The notes under the pieces: model-generated
What the model saw: the letters and a program-made list of their open reading frames with translations, nothing else
What the model was told of the DNA's origin: nothing
The model's database searches: none
In this document: piece after piece, positions 20,792 to 30,146 of the stretch
Layout: each line of letters starts with the position of its first letter
Numbering within the stretch: position 1 is the first letter of the stretch
NCBI GenBank assembly: GCA_963832955.1
Contig: CAWHWC010000002.1
Span: forward strand, 71,308-135,307
DNA: 64,000 nucleotides
Origin: an uncultured Actinomycetes bacterium
GTDB taxonomy: Bacteria > Actinomycetota > Thermoleophilia > Gaiellales > JAICJC01
Direction of reading: 5' to 3'
Position numbers and translations under genes: made by a program

Positions 20792-23220
20792 ATGGAGGGT
20801 GACCGAGCCCGAGTCGTTGTCGTCGGCGGCGGCATCACCGGGTGCAGCGTCGCCTACCACCTGGCCAAGGCCGGGTGGACCGACGTCGTCCTTGTCGAGA
20901 AGGGTGAGCTGACGAGCGGCTCGACCTGCCACGCGGCCGGCCTCGTCACCCAGTTCAACCCGTCGCCGACGATGATGCGCTTCCGCCGCTACAGCGTCGA
21001 GCTCTACGAGGAGCTCGGCGTGTTCGAGCGGCTCGGAAGCCTGCGGATCGCCTCCAGCAAGGAGAGCCTGATGGAGCTGCGGCGCGGCGCCAGCCGGGCG
21101 CGCGGGATCGGCCTCGACGTCGACGTGGTCGGCCCCAAGCAGGCGCTCGCGCTGATGCCGCAGGCCAGCCCGGAGTCGCTCCACGGCGCGGTCTGGGTCG
21201 GGCGACGACGGCTGCGTCGACCCGCACACCGCCACCTACGCCCTCGCCGACGCCGCCCGCGCTCTCGGCGTCGAGATCCGCACGCGCACGCAGGTGACAG
21301 GTATCCGCCTCGGACCGGGCCGCGAGGTGCGCGCCGTCGAGACGGCGGCCGGCCCGATCGAGACCGAGGCCGTCGTGAACGCCTGCGGGATCTGGGCGCC
21401 CCAGGTGGCGGCGATGGTCGGCGCGTTCACGCCGTCGGTGCCGGTCGACCACCAGCACATCGCCCTCGAGGCGGTGGACGGCCACGAGCTCCCGCGCGAC
21501 ATGCCGTGCTTCCGCGACACCGACAATCTCGTGTACGGGCGCTCGGAGGCCGGCGGCGCCCTCTTCGGCGGCTACGAGCCCGACCCGGTAGCCCGCTGGG
21601 TGGACGGCGTCCCGTGGAATCACGGCGCCCGCGCGCTCCCGCCCGACCACGAGCGCTTCGCCCAGCTCATGGCGGGGGCCGTGCGCCGGTTCCCGTTCCT
21701 GGAGGACGCGGGCGTCGTGGCGCTCGTCTGCCACCCCGACGCGATGACGCCCGACGGCAACCCCCTGCTCGGACCGCTGCCGGGCACCCCCGGGTTCTGG
21801 ATGGCGGCCGGGCTCTCGCTGAACGGCTTCGGCGGCGCCGGCGGAATCGGAAAGACGATCGCCGAGTGGATGACGACCGGCGAGACCGAGCTCGACACCA
21901 CCGGCTACCGCGCCTGGCGCTTCGGCGCCGCCTACCGCGCCCCCGCCCAGGTCGAGGCGGCCGGCCGCGAGGTCTATCGCTACTACTACCGGCTGCGCTA
22001 CCCGCTCGACACCGACGAGTGGGGCCGGCCGAACCGGCTCTCGCCGCTCCACGGCCGGCTCCAGGACGCGGGCGCGGCGTTCGGCGTGAAGAACGGCTGG
22101 GAGCGCGCCGACCACTTCGAGCCGGGGAAGCCCTGGCGCCGGTCCGGCGCCGACCAGCGCGAGTTCGGCTGGGTACGCCCGCCCTGGTTCCGGCTCGTCG
22201 CCGAGGAGCACACGGCGATCCGCGAGCGGGTCGGCCTCATCGACATGACCTCGTTCGGAAAGATCGAGGTGCAGGGGCCCGGGGCGCTCCCGCTGCTCGA
22301 GCGGGTCGCGTGCAACCTGATCGACCGGCCGCCGGGGAGCGTCGTCTACACACAGCTTCTGAACCGCCGCGGTGGGATCGTCGCCGACGTGACGGTGACC
22401 CGGCTCGGCGAGGATCGCTTCCGCGTGGTGACCGGCGCGGGCGTCGTCGACTCCGACCTCGGCTGGCTCAGGGCCAACATCGAGCCTGACGACGGCCCTG
22501 TCGCGCTGCGCGACGCCAGCACGGAGCTGGCCGTGATCGGCATGTGGGGGCCGGCCGCGCGAGACGTGCTCGCGGGGGCCACCGATGACGACGTCTCGGC
22601 CGAGGGGTTCCCGTTTCGCACGGCCTCCGGCCTGCACGTGGCCGGCGCCGACGTGACTGGCCCAGCGGATCACCTACGTCGGCGAGCTCGGCTTCGAGCT
22701 GTACCTCGCCCCAGAGTCGGCCGTCCAGGTGTGGGATGCGCTGGCCCGGGCCGGCGCCGGTCACGGCATCGCTCCGGCCGGCTACCGCGCGCTCGACTCC
22801 CTGCGGATCGAGAAGGGCTACCGGTACATGGGCACCGACCTGACCGCGGGCGATACCCCCTACGAGGCGGGCCTCGGGTTCTGCGTCGCGCCTGACAAAG
22901 GCCCGTTCAACGGCCGCGAGGCGCTGGCCGACGCAGGGCCGGTGCCCGAGCGCCGGATCCGCACCCTGCTCGTCGGCGGTCGCAGGTACCTGAACATCTA
23001 TGGCGGCGAGGCGGTGCACGCGGGCGGCTCCGTGGTGGGGCGCGTCCGGAGCGCCGCGTACGGCCACACGGTCGGCCGCAACGTGGCGTACTGCTACCTC
23101 CCGGCCGAGATCGGACCGGGCGCGACGGGGATCGAGGTGGAGGTGCTCGGCCAGCTCGTCCGGGCCGAGGTCGCCGAGGACGTCCTCTACGACCCCGACC
23201 ACCTGCGCGTGCGCTCCTAG
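20792..23220 (+). CDS. Dimethylglycine oxidase / sarcosine dehydrogenase-like protein (FAD oxidoreductase fused to GcvT domain), two apparent frameshifts
   Basis: VVVVGGGITGCSVAYHLA..HAAGLV, then GcvT-like ..IDMTSFGKIEVQGPGA..YVGELGFELY..LDSLRIEKGY. The text runs through ORFs 20771.., 21294.. and 22729.. with junctions near 21199 (at GGG) and 22657. Confidence 0.85.
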
Positions 23221-25127
23221 CGGCGCACGAACCAGCGGTACGGCAGGGTCCTGGAGCGGCCGTCCGCGACCGTGCCGACCCGGCAGGATCCGGCCGCCGA
23301 GAACCCGGGCGGCGCCGCGTCAGTCACGGGCGCCAGCACCCGGGTCACGTCCGCGGGCGCGGGACGGCCGACGTCGATCGCGCGCAGGGCGAAGAACCGC
23401 GGCGCCTGGGGCGGGATGTGCAGATAGACGTCCGGGAACCGGATCCGCGGCCGCGAGATGTAGAGGAGCGGGGCGCCCGTCCGGGCGAACACCGTGAGCG
23501 CCAGCGGGTCGCTGGGTGCCGGCCCGTCGGGCGCGCCGACCACGGCGATCGTCCCGCCGCCCGACCCGCCCAGCGGCGTGTCGCACCGAAGCACCGGATG
23601 CTCGCCGCTGCGATGGAGCACCTCGACCATGCCGGCCGAAGCCGTCGCAGCCGAGGCCGTCGCGACTACCGCAATCGCCGCCGCGGCGAGGGCGCGCCGC
23701 CTCCCCCGCACTCGCTCGACGAGCCAGGCCGCGGCGAGGCCGGCCGGCAGCGCGAGGCCGAGCGCGGCGAGAGGGAGGTAATGGAGCGCGCGTGTGAGGG
23801 CCGGCACCGCGTCGAGGCCGGGGACGGCCGCAGCCGCGAGCGCGGGCGCAATCAACCCGGCCGTCACGGCTGCCAGCGCCCGCCGGTCGAGCGCCCGCGA
23901 CCGGGCGGCGAGGCCGACGCCGACGGCGCCGAGCACGAGCAGCACGGCGATCGCGACGAGCACCTGGGCAGCGGTCGGCTCGATGGGCCGGCCGCGCGTG
24001 GTATTGACGAGGCCTCCCAGGTCGGCGGCGTGCCACCCGAGCGGTCCGAGCCACACGCCGGTCACGACGACCATCGCCGGGATGGCGATCCAGGAGGCCC
24101 GCGACCGGTGGGCAGCTGCAACGGCGAGGCCCGTGAACGCGGCGACGATCCCGGCGACGGGCGATGCCAGGAACGCCAGCCCCGCCGCCGACCCCGCCAG
24201 GGCCCACCAGCGGGGCTCGGACCGGTGAGCGGCCCGAACGGCGGCCCAGACCGCGAGCGGCACGAGCGCGAGCCCGAGCTCGCGCGGCATCGCGGGCGGG
24301 ATGTTGCCGAGCGCAGGGGTCGGCGCAGGTGAGAGCAGGAGGTCGCCGCCGTAGTGGCCGATGCCGCGCTGGAAGCCCATGAGGCCCGACGGCGTCGTCG
24401 ATGGGTCGGCGGGCGAGGCGGTGATGACCGCGGCCGGGCCGCCGGCCTCGAGCCATCCGATCCCGCCGCCGGCGGTGGCGAGGACCGCCGCCCAGGCGGC
24501 CGCCGCCGGCCCGAGCTCGAGCTCGACCGCGAGCAGCCAGGTGCCCGTCCCCAGGGCGAGCAGCATCACCGCCTCGACGGCGATGAGCGTCGGCGTCATC
24601 CCCAGCCCTCCGGCCGACATGACGAGCGCCGCCACGGCGTGCTCGAGCCACGGGTAGGCGTTGGGCACATCGGCGTAGACGCCGCCCGGCGCGTTCCCGC
24701 CTCCCACGAGTTGGCGGATCCAGCCCTCGTGCCAGAGGACGTCGGTGTAGCGGGCCGGGTAGTCGTCACCGGGGACGAGCCAGGCGGCGGCCGACACGAC
24801 CAGGCCGGCCGCGACGATCGCGGCGGCCGGGCCGGCCGCGAACCCGGTCGGAAGAAGCGGCGGGCGCCGCGCCAAGAGGACGGCGACGAACGCCACGACC
24901 AGTGCGCGGAGGGCCCACGGCTCGCCGACGATCGAGACACCGGCGAGCGGCTGGAGCATCACGAGCCAGGCGGCGCCGGCCAGGCACAGCACGCCCATCC
25001 CGAGCCGCTCGGCTGCCGGCGCCGCCCCGAGGATCGCCGAGCCGGCAACCCAGGCCAGGCCGACCAGCGCGGCGACGGCCGCGAGTGCGGCGGCGTCCGC
25101 TCCAAGGCCGGCCGTCATCCCGGCCAT
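23217..25127 (-). CDS. Large polytopic membrane protein, family unknown (possibly GT-C-like glycosyltransferase)
   Basis: Intact ORF with more than 12 hydrophobic segments and a soluble C-terminal domain. Start moved to ATG 25127 so it does not overlap the tRNA. Confidence 0.65.
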   Translation of the reverse strand: MAGMTAGLGADAAALAAVAALVGLAWVAGSAILGAAPAAERLGMGVLCLAGAAWLVMLQPLAGVSIVGEPWALRALVVAFVAVLLARRPPLLPTGFAAGPAAAIVAAGLVVSAAAWLVPGDDYPARYTDVLWHEGWIRQLVGGGNAPGGVYADVPNAYPWLEHAVAALVMSAGGLGMTPTLIAVEAVMLLALGTGTWLLAVELELGPAAAAWAAVLATAGGGIGWLEAGGPAAVITASPADPSTTPSGLMGFQRGIGHYGGDLLLSPAPTPALGNIPPAMPRELGLALVPLAVWAAVRAAHRSEPRWWALAGSAAGLAFLASPVAGIVAAFTGLAVAAAHRSRASWIAIPAMVVVTGVWLGPLGWHAADLGGLVNTTRGRPIEPTAAQVLVAIAVLLVLGAVGVGLAARSRALDRRALAAVTAGLIAPALAAAAVPGLDAVPALTRALHYLPLAALGLALPAGLAAAWLVERVRGRRRALAAAAIAVVATASAATASAGMVEVLHRSGEHPVLRCDTPLGGSGGGTIAVVGAPDGPAPSDPLALTVFARTGAPLLYISRPRIRFPDVYLHIPPQAPRFFALRAIDVGRPAPADVTRVLAPVTDAAPPGFSAAGSCRVGTVADGRSRTLPYRWFVRR

Positions 25128-25145
25128 ACTAGGATGGGGCGACGC

Positions 25146-25216
25146 GCGGGCGTAGCTCAATGGCAGAGCAAGAGCCTTCCAAGCTCAAGACGGGAGTTCG
25201 ATTCTCCTCGCCCGCT
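25146..25216 (+). tRNA. tRNA-Gly (anticodon TCC)
   Basis: Hand-folded cloverleaf: acceptor GCGGGCG/CGCCCGC, D-arm GCTC-AATGGCA-GAGC, anticodon arm AGAGC-CTTCCAA-GCTCA, T-arm GGGAG-TTCGATT-CTCCT, discriminator T. Confidence 0.93.
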
Positions 25217-25224
25217 TCTGAAAC

Positions 25225-25268
25225 CCAGGAGCGATCGTCGAGACCCGCGGGCCGGCCGTTGCTCCTGG
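25225..25268. terminator. Hairpin between tRNA-Gly and the convergent aquaporin gene
   Basis: 8-bp stem CCAGGAGC/GCTCCTGG enclosing a GC-rich loop that contains the self-complementary CCCGCGGG. Confidence 0.35.
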
Positions 25269-25287
25269 CTGGTGGCCGACGCGGAGG

Positions 25288-26127
25288 CTACTCCTGGTCA
25301 GGGGCGGCGACGTCCGTGAAGAGCGCCCCCTGGGCCGCGCCTGATCCGGCCTTGCCGCCTCCTGGGCCACGGAGGACGTATGCGGCGACCACGGCCAGGC
25401 CGGCCCCGATCAGCGGGCCGATGACGTACACCCAGTAGCTGGTGAAGTCGCCCCCGACCAAGTCGGGTCCGAACGTGCGTGCCGGGTTCATCGAGGCGCC
25501 CGAGACCGGGCTGCCCCACAGGCCGGCGAGGATGATGTAGCTGCCGACGCCCAGCGCGCCGAACGCTCCCAGGTTCTGGGCACCCGATGCGGTTCCGAGG
25601 ATCACGCTGACCAACCCAAGGGTCAGCACGGCCTCCATCAGGAGCGCGTCCGTGGACGAGTAGCCCGACGCGGGATAGTTGGAGCCGAACACAGCCGAGG
25701 CGTTGACCACGCTCTGCACGAACCACGCGGCCAGCGACGCTCCGACCAGCTGCACGACGATGTACCCCGGCACCCGCCTCCACGGGAAGTCACCCCGCAG
25801 GGAGAACGCAACGCTGACGGCGGGGTTGAGGTGCGCGCCCGAGACCCTGCCCATGAACAGGATGATCGCCAGCACCATCAACCCGGGCGCGGTGACCGCC
25901 GCCGTCCGGCTGATCGTGTTCGGGAAGGCCTCTCCCATGACGCCTCCGCCACATGCCACCAGTACCAGGAAGAATGTTCCCAAGAGCTCCGAGAACAGCC
26001 GACGCCACTCCTGCGACGGATCCTGGAAGTCCTGAATCGGCGCCAGCACCTCACGGTCGAACAGCGCCTCCAAGTGAGACAACGCCGCCACGCGGGTTGC
26101 ACCTTCTGTCGCTCGACTCTCAGCCAT
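25288..26127 (-). CDS. MIP-family channel (aquaporin/glycerol facilitator)
   Basis: Two NPA boxes (HLNPAVSVAF and SMNPARTFGP) and six TM segments. Start taken at ATG 26127. Confidence 0.9.
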   Translation of the reverse strand: MAESRATEGATRVAALSHLEALFDREVLAPIQDFQDPSQEWRRLFSELLGTFFLVLVACGGGVMGEAFPNTISRTAAVTAPGLMVLAIILFMGRVSGAHLNPAVSVAFSLRGDFPWRRVPGYIVVQLVGASLAAWFVQSVVNASAVFGSNYPASGYSSTDALLMEAVLTLGLVSVILGTASGAQNLGAFGALGVGSYIILAGLWGSPVSGASMNPARTFGPDLVGGDFTSYWVYVIGPLIGAGLAVVAAYVLRGPGGGKAGSGAAQGALFTDVAAPDQE

Positions 26128-26306
26128 CGCCCGCCAATCCTCCTGGTGTGTCTCCAACCAGCGGCACCCGTACAGCCACCGAGACGCGGCGCGCACGACT
26201 CTAAACGGCGTTCCCAGGCACCGGCATCACCCCATCCGAACGAAAAGCTCCGGAGTCGCAGTCAGGCCGAAGACACGGCGCAGCAGGCCGGGCGTCCGCT
26301 CGGGCG

Positions 26307-27458
26307 GTGGGCGCCCGAACGCGCGTCGTCGCGGCTGAGCGCGCCCCCCAGATCAGCCCAATCCTCGCCGTCGCCCAGGTCGCCTGGCCGCAACGCCCGA
26401 CGGTGGCGCCGAAGATCTGGGATCCTCCCATGCTCAGCTTCCGCACGGCGAGGAGGTGGAGCTCGATGGCGGTGGGCGTTAGTCGAATCCGTGATGCGTC
26501 GGGACGGTTTGTGTCGAAGCCGATGCGCGTCGTGCGCTCGGGCATGGAGGGCATGACCGCGACGGCCGGTGAGCGGCTCGAGAGCGAGGTCGAGCGGGCA
26601 GCTGACGTGGTCCTGGCGGGACCGTTCCCAGAGACGCTCGCGCGTTTGCTGGTCGAGCGCCGGGTTGTCGACCGGGTGGTCGCGCAGATGGTCGAATCCG
26701 GCGAGCTCGACCGGATGCTGTCCGCGGCCGTCAAGGCCGATGCGACGGAGCAGCTCGTGCGCCAGATCGCGTCGAGTCCGGTGATCGACCGGCTCCTTAC
26801 GGAGGTGGTGGAGAGCCCGAGGGCCGCCGAGCTGATGGAGCAAATTGTGGGCCGGCCCGAGATCCAGCAGGCGATGGAGCGGGCCGTCCGGGCGGCGCTC
26901 GCCCGGCGGGCGGCGACTCTGCGCGACCGGATCGTCACCGGAACGCAGCAGCTGGACGCGCGTCTCGAAGCGCCACCCCGGCGCTGGATGCGGCGCAACG
27001 CTCGGAGCACCTCGGCCTACGCCGGGCTCGCGTCACGGATCGCGGCGTTCCTCGTCGACATCGTCGCTGTCCATTTCGCGTACCTCGTCGGAGCCGCGAT
27101 GGTGGGTCTCGTGCTGGCGCTGGCCGACGCACATCCGTCTCACCTGCTGGAGGGCACGCTCGGGACGGTCGGCTGGCTGGCGGCGATGGCCGCGTACTTC
27201 GGCGGCTTCTGGGCGACTGCCGGGCAGACGCCGGGGATGGCCATCCTTCGCATACGGGTCGTCGCACCCAACGGCGGCGTCCCGGGCTGGGGCCGGTCGC
27301 TCGTGCGCCTGGCTGGCGGCCTTACAGCCGTCGTCTTCGTGTTCCTCGGCTTCGTGCCCGTGCTCCTGGACGACCGGCGGCGTGCGCTGCCGGACTTCGT
27401 CGCCCGCACCGCGGTCGTGTACGAGCCCGATCCCGTTACCGCCGCGGCCCCCGTGTGA
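26307..27458 (+). CDS. RDD-family membrane protein with long helical N-terminal domain
   Basis: The C-terminal part (YAGLASRIAAFLVDIV...GQTPGMAILRIRVV...LLDDRRRALPDFVARTAVV) is a typical RDD domain. The true start is probably internal (ATG 26544 or 26553). Confidence 0.7.
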   Translation: MGARTRVVAAERAPQISPILAVAQVAWPQRPTVAPKIWDPPMLSFRTARRWSSMAVGVSRIRDASGRFVSKPMRVVRSGMEGMTATAGERLESEVERAADVVLAGPFPETLARLLVERRVVDRVVAQMVESGELDRMLSAAVKADATEQLVRQIASSPVIDRLLTEVVESPRAAELMEQIVGRPEIQQAMERAVRAALARRAATLRDRIVTGTQQLDARLEAPPRRWMRRNARSTSAYAGLASRIAAFLVDIVAVHFAYLVGAAMVGLVLALADAHPSHLLEGTLGTVGWLAAMAAYFGGFWATAGQTPGMAILRIRVVAPNGGVPGWGRSLVRLAGGLTAVVFVFLGFVPVLLDDRRRALPDFVARTAVVYEPDPVTAAAPV

Positions 27459-27535
27459 CCGTGCTCGGCCGACCTCGAACTTAAAAAGACCTTCGGGGCT
27501 CCGTTACCATCGCGCCCCCGACAAGGAGGCACGCG

Positions 27536-29146
27536 ATGGCCGTTGGAGATCCGATCCTGGTGGGAAATGCGAACCGCGGCGACGTGGGGTTCGGCGACGC
27601 CACGATCCTGTCCGCCGACCCGAGCGGAGGCTTCGAGTGCGTCATGTACGTCGAGCCGATGTCGAAGCGAGCGGGGAACGGCATCGTCGGCCGCAGCTGG
27701 AGCGCAGGCATCGCGGGCGGCTGGGCGCTCCAGGCGCTTGGCGACCTGGTGTGGTCGGACGGCCTTCTCACCTACGGCCGCACCGCGATCATGGCCCAGG
27801 GGAACCAGTTCGGCGCCATCGTCTCGGGTGACAACGCCGTGACGGCCAACGGTCGCCTGACGGGGCTCCGCGCGGCCGCCTCAGGGCCGGACGACTCCGG
27901 ACAGCCCGCGGGCGTGGGCGTGGCGAGCTCCGGCGCCGTGACCGGCGTGGATGCGACCGGCGGCACGACGGGGATCGCGGCTCGCGGAGCGGCCGTGGGC
28001 GTCCAGGGCGAGTCGCAGTCGGGGATCGCCGTCCACGCCGTCTCACAGACGGGGACCGGTGTTACGGCTCAGGGCGCCACGGGCGTGGCGGCTGAGGCGG
28101 CCGGGACGGCGGTCCAGGCGACGGCGACCGGGGGCGTCGCGAGCACCGCGGTGTCGGCGGCGGCCGAGCAGGGGACGGCGGTCCGTGCGTGGTCGGACGC
28201 GGGCCGAGCGCTCGATGCCCGGTCGGAGACCGGCGATGCGCTCTACGTGACGGCCGGGCGGGTGGGCGTGGCCGCCTGGTCGGAGCATGCGAGCGGCGTC
28301 GTGGGAAGCTGCGGCGGCCCGAACCCGCTGAACATCGTCCGCGCAGGCGTCATGGGCCAGAGCGACACCTATCCCGGCGTCCTCGGCCAGTCGGACAGCG
28401 GGAGCGGCGTCGAGGCGGTCAACCGGCGCGGCGGGATCGCGCTCCGTGCCCGTGCCGACGCGGGTGGAATCGGTGCGCATGTGACGGCCGAAGTGAGCCC
28501 GGCGACGGGAAGTCCGGGGCTCCCGCTGCTCGTCGAGGCCACACGCACCGGCGTGACCCAGCTCCCGCAGGCGGCGCAGTTCGTCGGCCACGTCGCGATC
28601 TCGGGCGATCTGATCGTGGTCGGCGGCGCGAAGTCGGCGGCCGTTGAGACATCGGAGGGCGAGCACCGGCGCGTGTACTGCACAGAGATGCCGGAGGCGT
28701 GGATCGAGGACGTCGGCGAGGCGGTGGTGGTCGACGGCGCCGTCGAGGTAGAGATCGACCCGCGGCTTGCCGCGATCGCCGACGTCGCCGACTACCAGGT
28801 GTTCCTCTCGCCGTACGCGCCGGTGCGCGCCTACGTGGCGCGCCGCGACCCGGGGTCGTTCGAGATACGGCTCGCGGGCAAGAAGAAGCCCAAGAAGCCC
28901 GTCACCTGCGGATGGAGGCTCCTGGCCCGCCGCAGCGACATCACGGCCGAGCGCTTCGCACCGTACGCCCCGGCCGGGCTCCGTGACGTGCGGGACGAGC
29001 CGTCCCTCGACCACCTCGACCTGGAGCACCCGGTTGTCGAGCCGCACCCGCGGCTGGACGCGCCCCAGCCGGTCGCGCCGGCCGAGGCGCCGGAGCACCC
29101 GCCCATCCCGGAGCCGCCCGCGGCGCCACAGGAAGACGAGGAGTGA
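27536..29146 (+). CDS. Gly/Ala/Thr/Val-rich repeat protein (predicted beta-solenoid-like) with a distinct C-terminal domain; function unknown
   Basis: ATG preceded by AAGGAGG; intact 536-aa ORF. The central ~300 aa are degenerate ~10-12-aa repeats (G.GV.A.S..GTGV.A.G..). C-terminal domain ..GDLIVVGGAKSAAVETSEGEHRRVYCTEMPEAWIEDVGEA..; Pro/Glu-rich tail. No signal peptide seen. Confidence 0.75.
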   Translation: MAVGDPILVGNANRGDVGFGDATILSADPSGGFECVMYVEPMSKRAGNGIVGRSWSAGIAGGWALQALGDLVWSDGLLTYGRTAIMAQGNQFGAIVSGDNAVTANGRLTGLRAAASGPDDSGQPAGVGVASSGAVTGVDATGGTTGIAARGAAVGVQGESQSGIAVHAVSQTGTGVTAQGATGVAAEAAGTAVQATATGGVASTAVSAAAEQGTAVRAWSDAGRALDARSETGDALYVTAGRVGVAAWSEHASGVVGSCGGPNPLNIVRAGVMGQSDTYPGVLGQSDSGSGVEAVNRRGGIALRARADAGGIGAHVTAEVSPATGSPGLPLLVEATRTGVTQLPQAAQFVGHVAISGDLIVVGGAKSAAVETSEGEHRRVYCTEMPEAWIEDVGEAVVVDGAVEVEIDPRLAAIADVADYQVFLSPYAPVRAYVARRDPGSFEIRLAGKKKPKKPVTCGWRLLARRSDITAERFAPYAPAGLRDVRDEPSLDHLDLEHPVVEPHPRLDAPQPVAPAEAPEHPPIPEPPAAPQEDEE

Positions 29147-29333
29147 CGTGATCGGGCGCGGCTAGCCCCACGCACCCGGTTGTTCGTCGCGTTCGTTATC
29201 GCGGACGTTTCACCCGTATGGCATGAGTCGGGCTGCACCACGGTCGCGCAGGATCCCTGCAGCCGCTGAGACGAGTCACAAGCTGCCGATCGCGACGGGA
29301 GCGCGAGCGCACGCTGATCGATTGGAGGAGCCG

Positions 29334-30146
29334 ATGACCCCGTCTACCGCCACAGGTTTGACAGCCTCCGCTGATGAGCTCGCACAGCTGCTCGGCCTGA
29401 TCAAGGAGGCCGACAGCGTCGAGCTCAAGGCGACCGTGCCGGAATCTCACCAGCGCTCGACGGTGGTTGCGCTCGGGATGGATCCGCTGGAGGCTCAGAT
29501 CCGACAGGTGTTCTTCTTCGATACGCCGGACCTCGCCCTCGACAAGAAGGGCGTTGTCGTCCGCGCCCGCCGGATCCAGGGCAAGGGCGGGGACTCGGCC
29601 GTCAAGCTGCGGCCCGTGGTGCCGGCGGAGCTGCCGGCCGACGTGCGCCGGTCGGCAAGCTTCCGCGTCGAGGTGGACGCGCTGCCGGGCGGGTACGTGT
29701 GCTCAGGGACGTTGAAGGCGACGGTCGACCCGAGCGACGTGAAGAGGGCCGCAGCCGGTGAGCGGCCGCTGCGCAAGCTCTTCTCCAAGGAGCAGCGCGA
29801 GTACTACCGGGCGCACGCCGCCGAGGGAGTCGGACTGGACGACCTGTCCATCCTGGGGCCGATCTTCGTGCTCAAGCTGCGGTTCACGCCGGAGGAGCTC
29901 GGCCGCAGGCTCGTCGCCGAGATGTGGATGTACCCCGACGGCTCACGCGTGCTCGAGCTTTCGACCCGGTGTGCCACCACCGAGGCGTTCGAGATGGCGG
30001 CCGAGCTGCGGGCGTTCCTCGCGGGCCGCGGCGTCGACATCTCCGGCGACCAGCAGCCGAAGACCCGCAAGGCGCTCCTGTACTTCGCCAAGGCTCTGAG
30101 GACGCAGGGAGGGGCGCGCCGGAGCGCTGCGTCCTCGGCCCCGTGA
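29334..30146 (+). CDS. CYTH-like (triphosphate tunnel metalloenzyme) domain protein
   Basis: ATG 29334 after GGAGGAG. SVELKATVP..., FFFDTPDLALDKKGVVVRARR, AVKLRP and FRVEVD match the alternating-strand pattern of CYTH domains. Family call is tentative. Confidence 0.55.
   Translation: MTPSTATGLTASADELAQLLGLIKEADSVELKATVPESHQRSTVVALGMDPLEAQIRQVFFFDTPDLALDKKGVVVRARRIQGKGGDSAVKLRPVVPAELPADVRRSASFRVEVDALPGGYVCSGTLKATVDPSDVKRAAAGERPLRKLFSKEQREYYRAHAAEGVGLDDLSILGPIFVLKLRFTPEELGRRLVAEMWMYPDGSRVLELSTRCATTEAFEMAAELRAFLAGRGVDISGDQQPKTRKALLYFAKALRTQGGARRSAASSAP

Noticed and set aside
25146-25290. tRNA-Gly as an integration site for a genomic island
   Set aside because: There is no integrase gene next to it. 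I saw no direct repeat of the tRNA 3' end elsewhere in the window, and the flanking genes have typical GC content.
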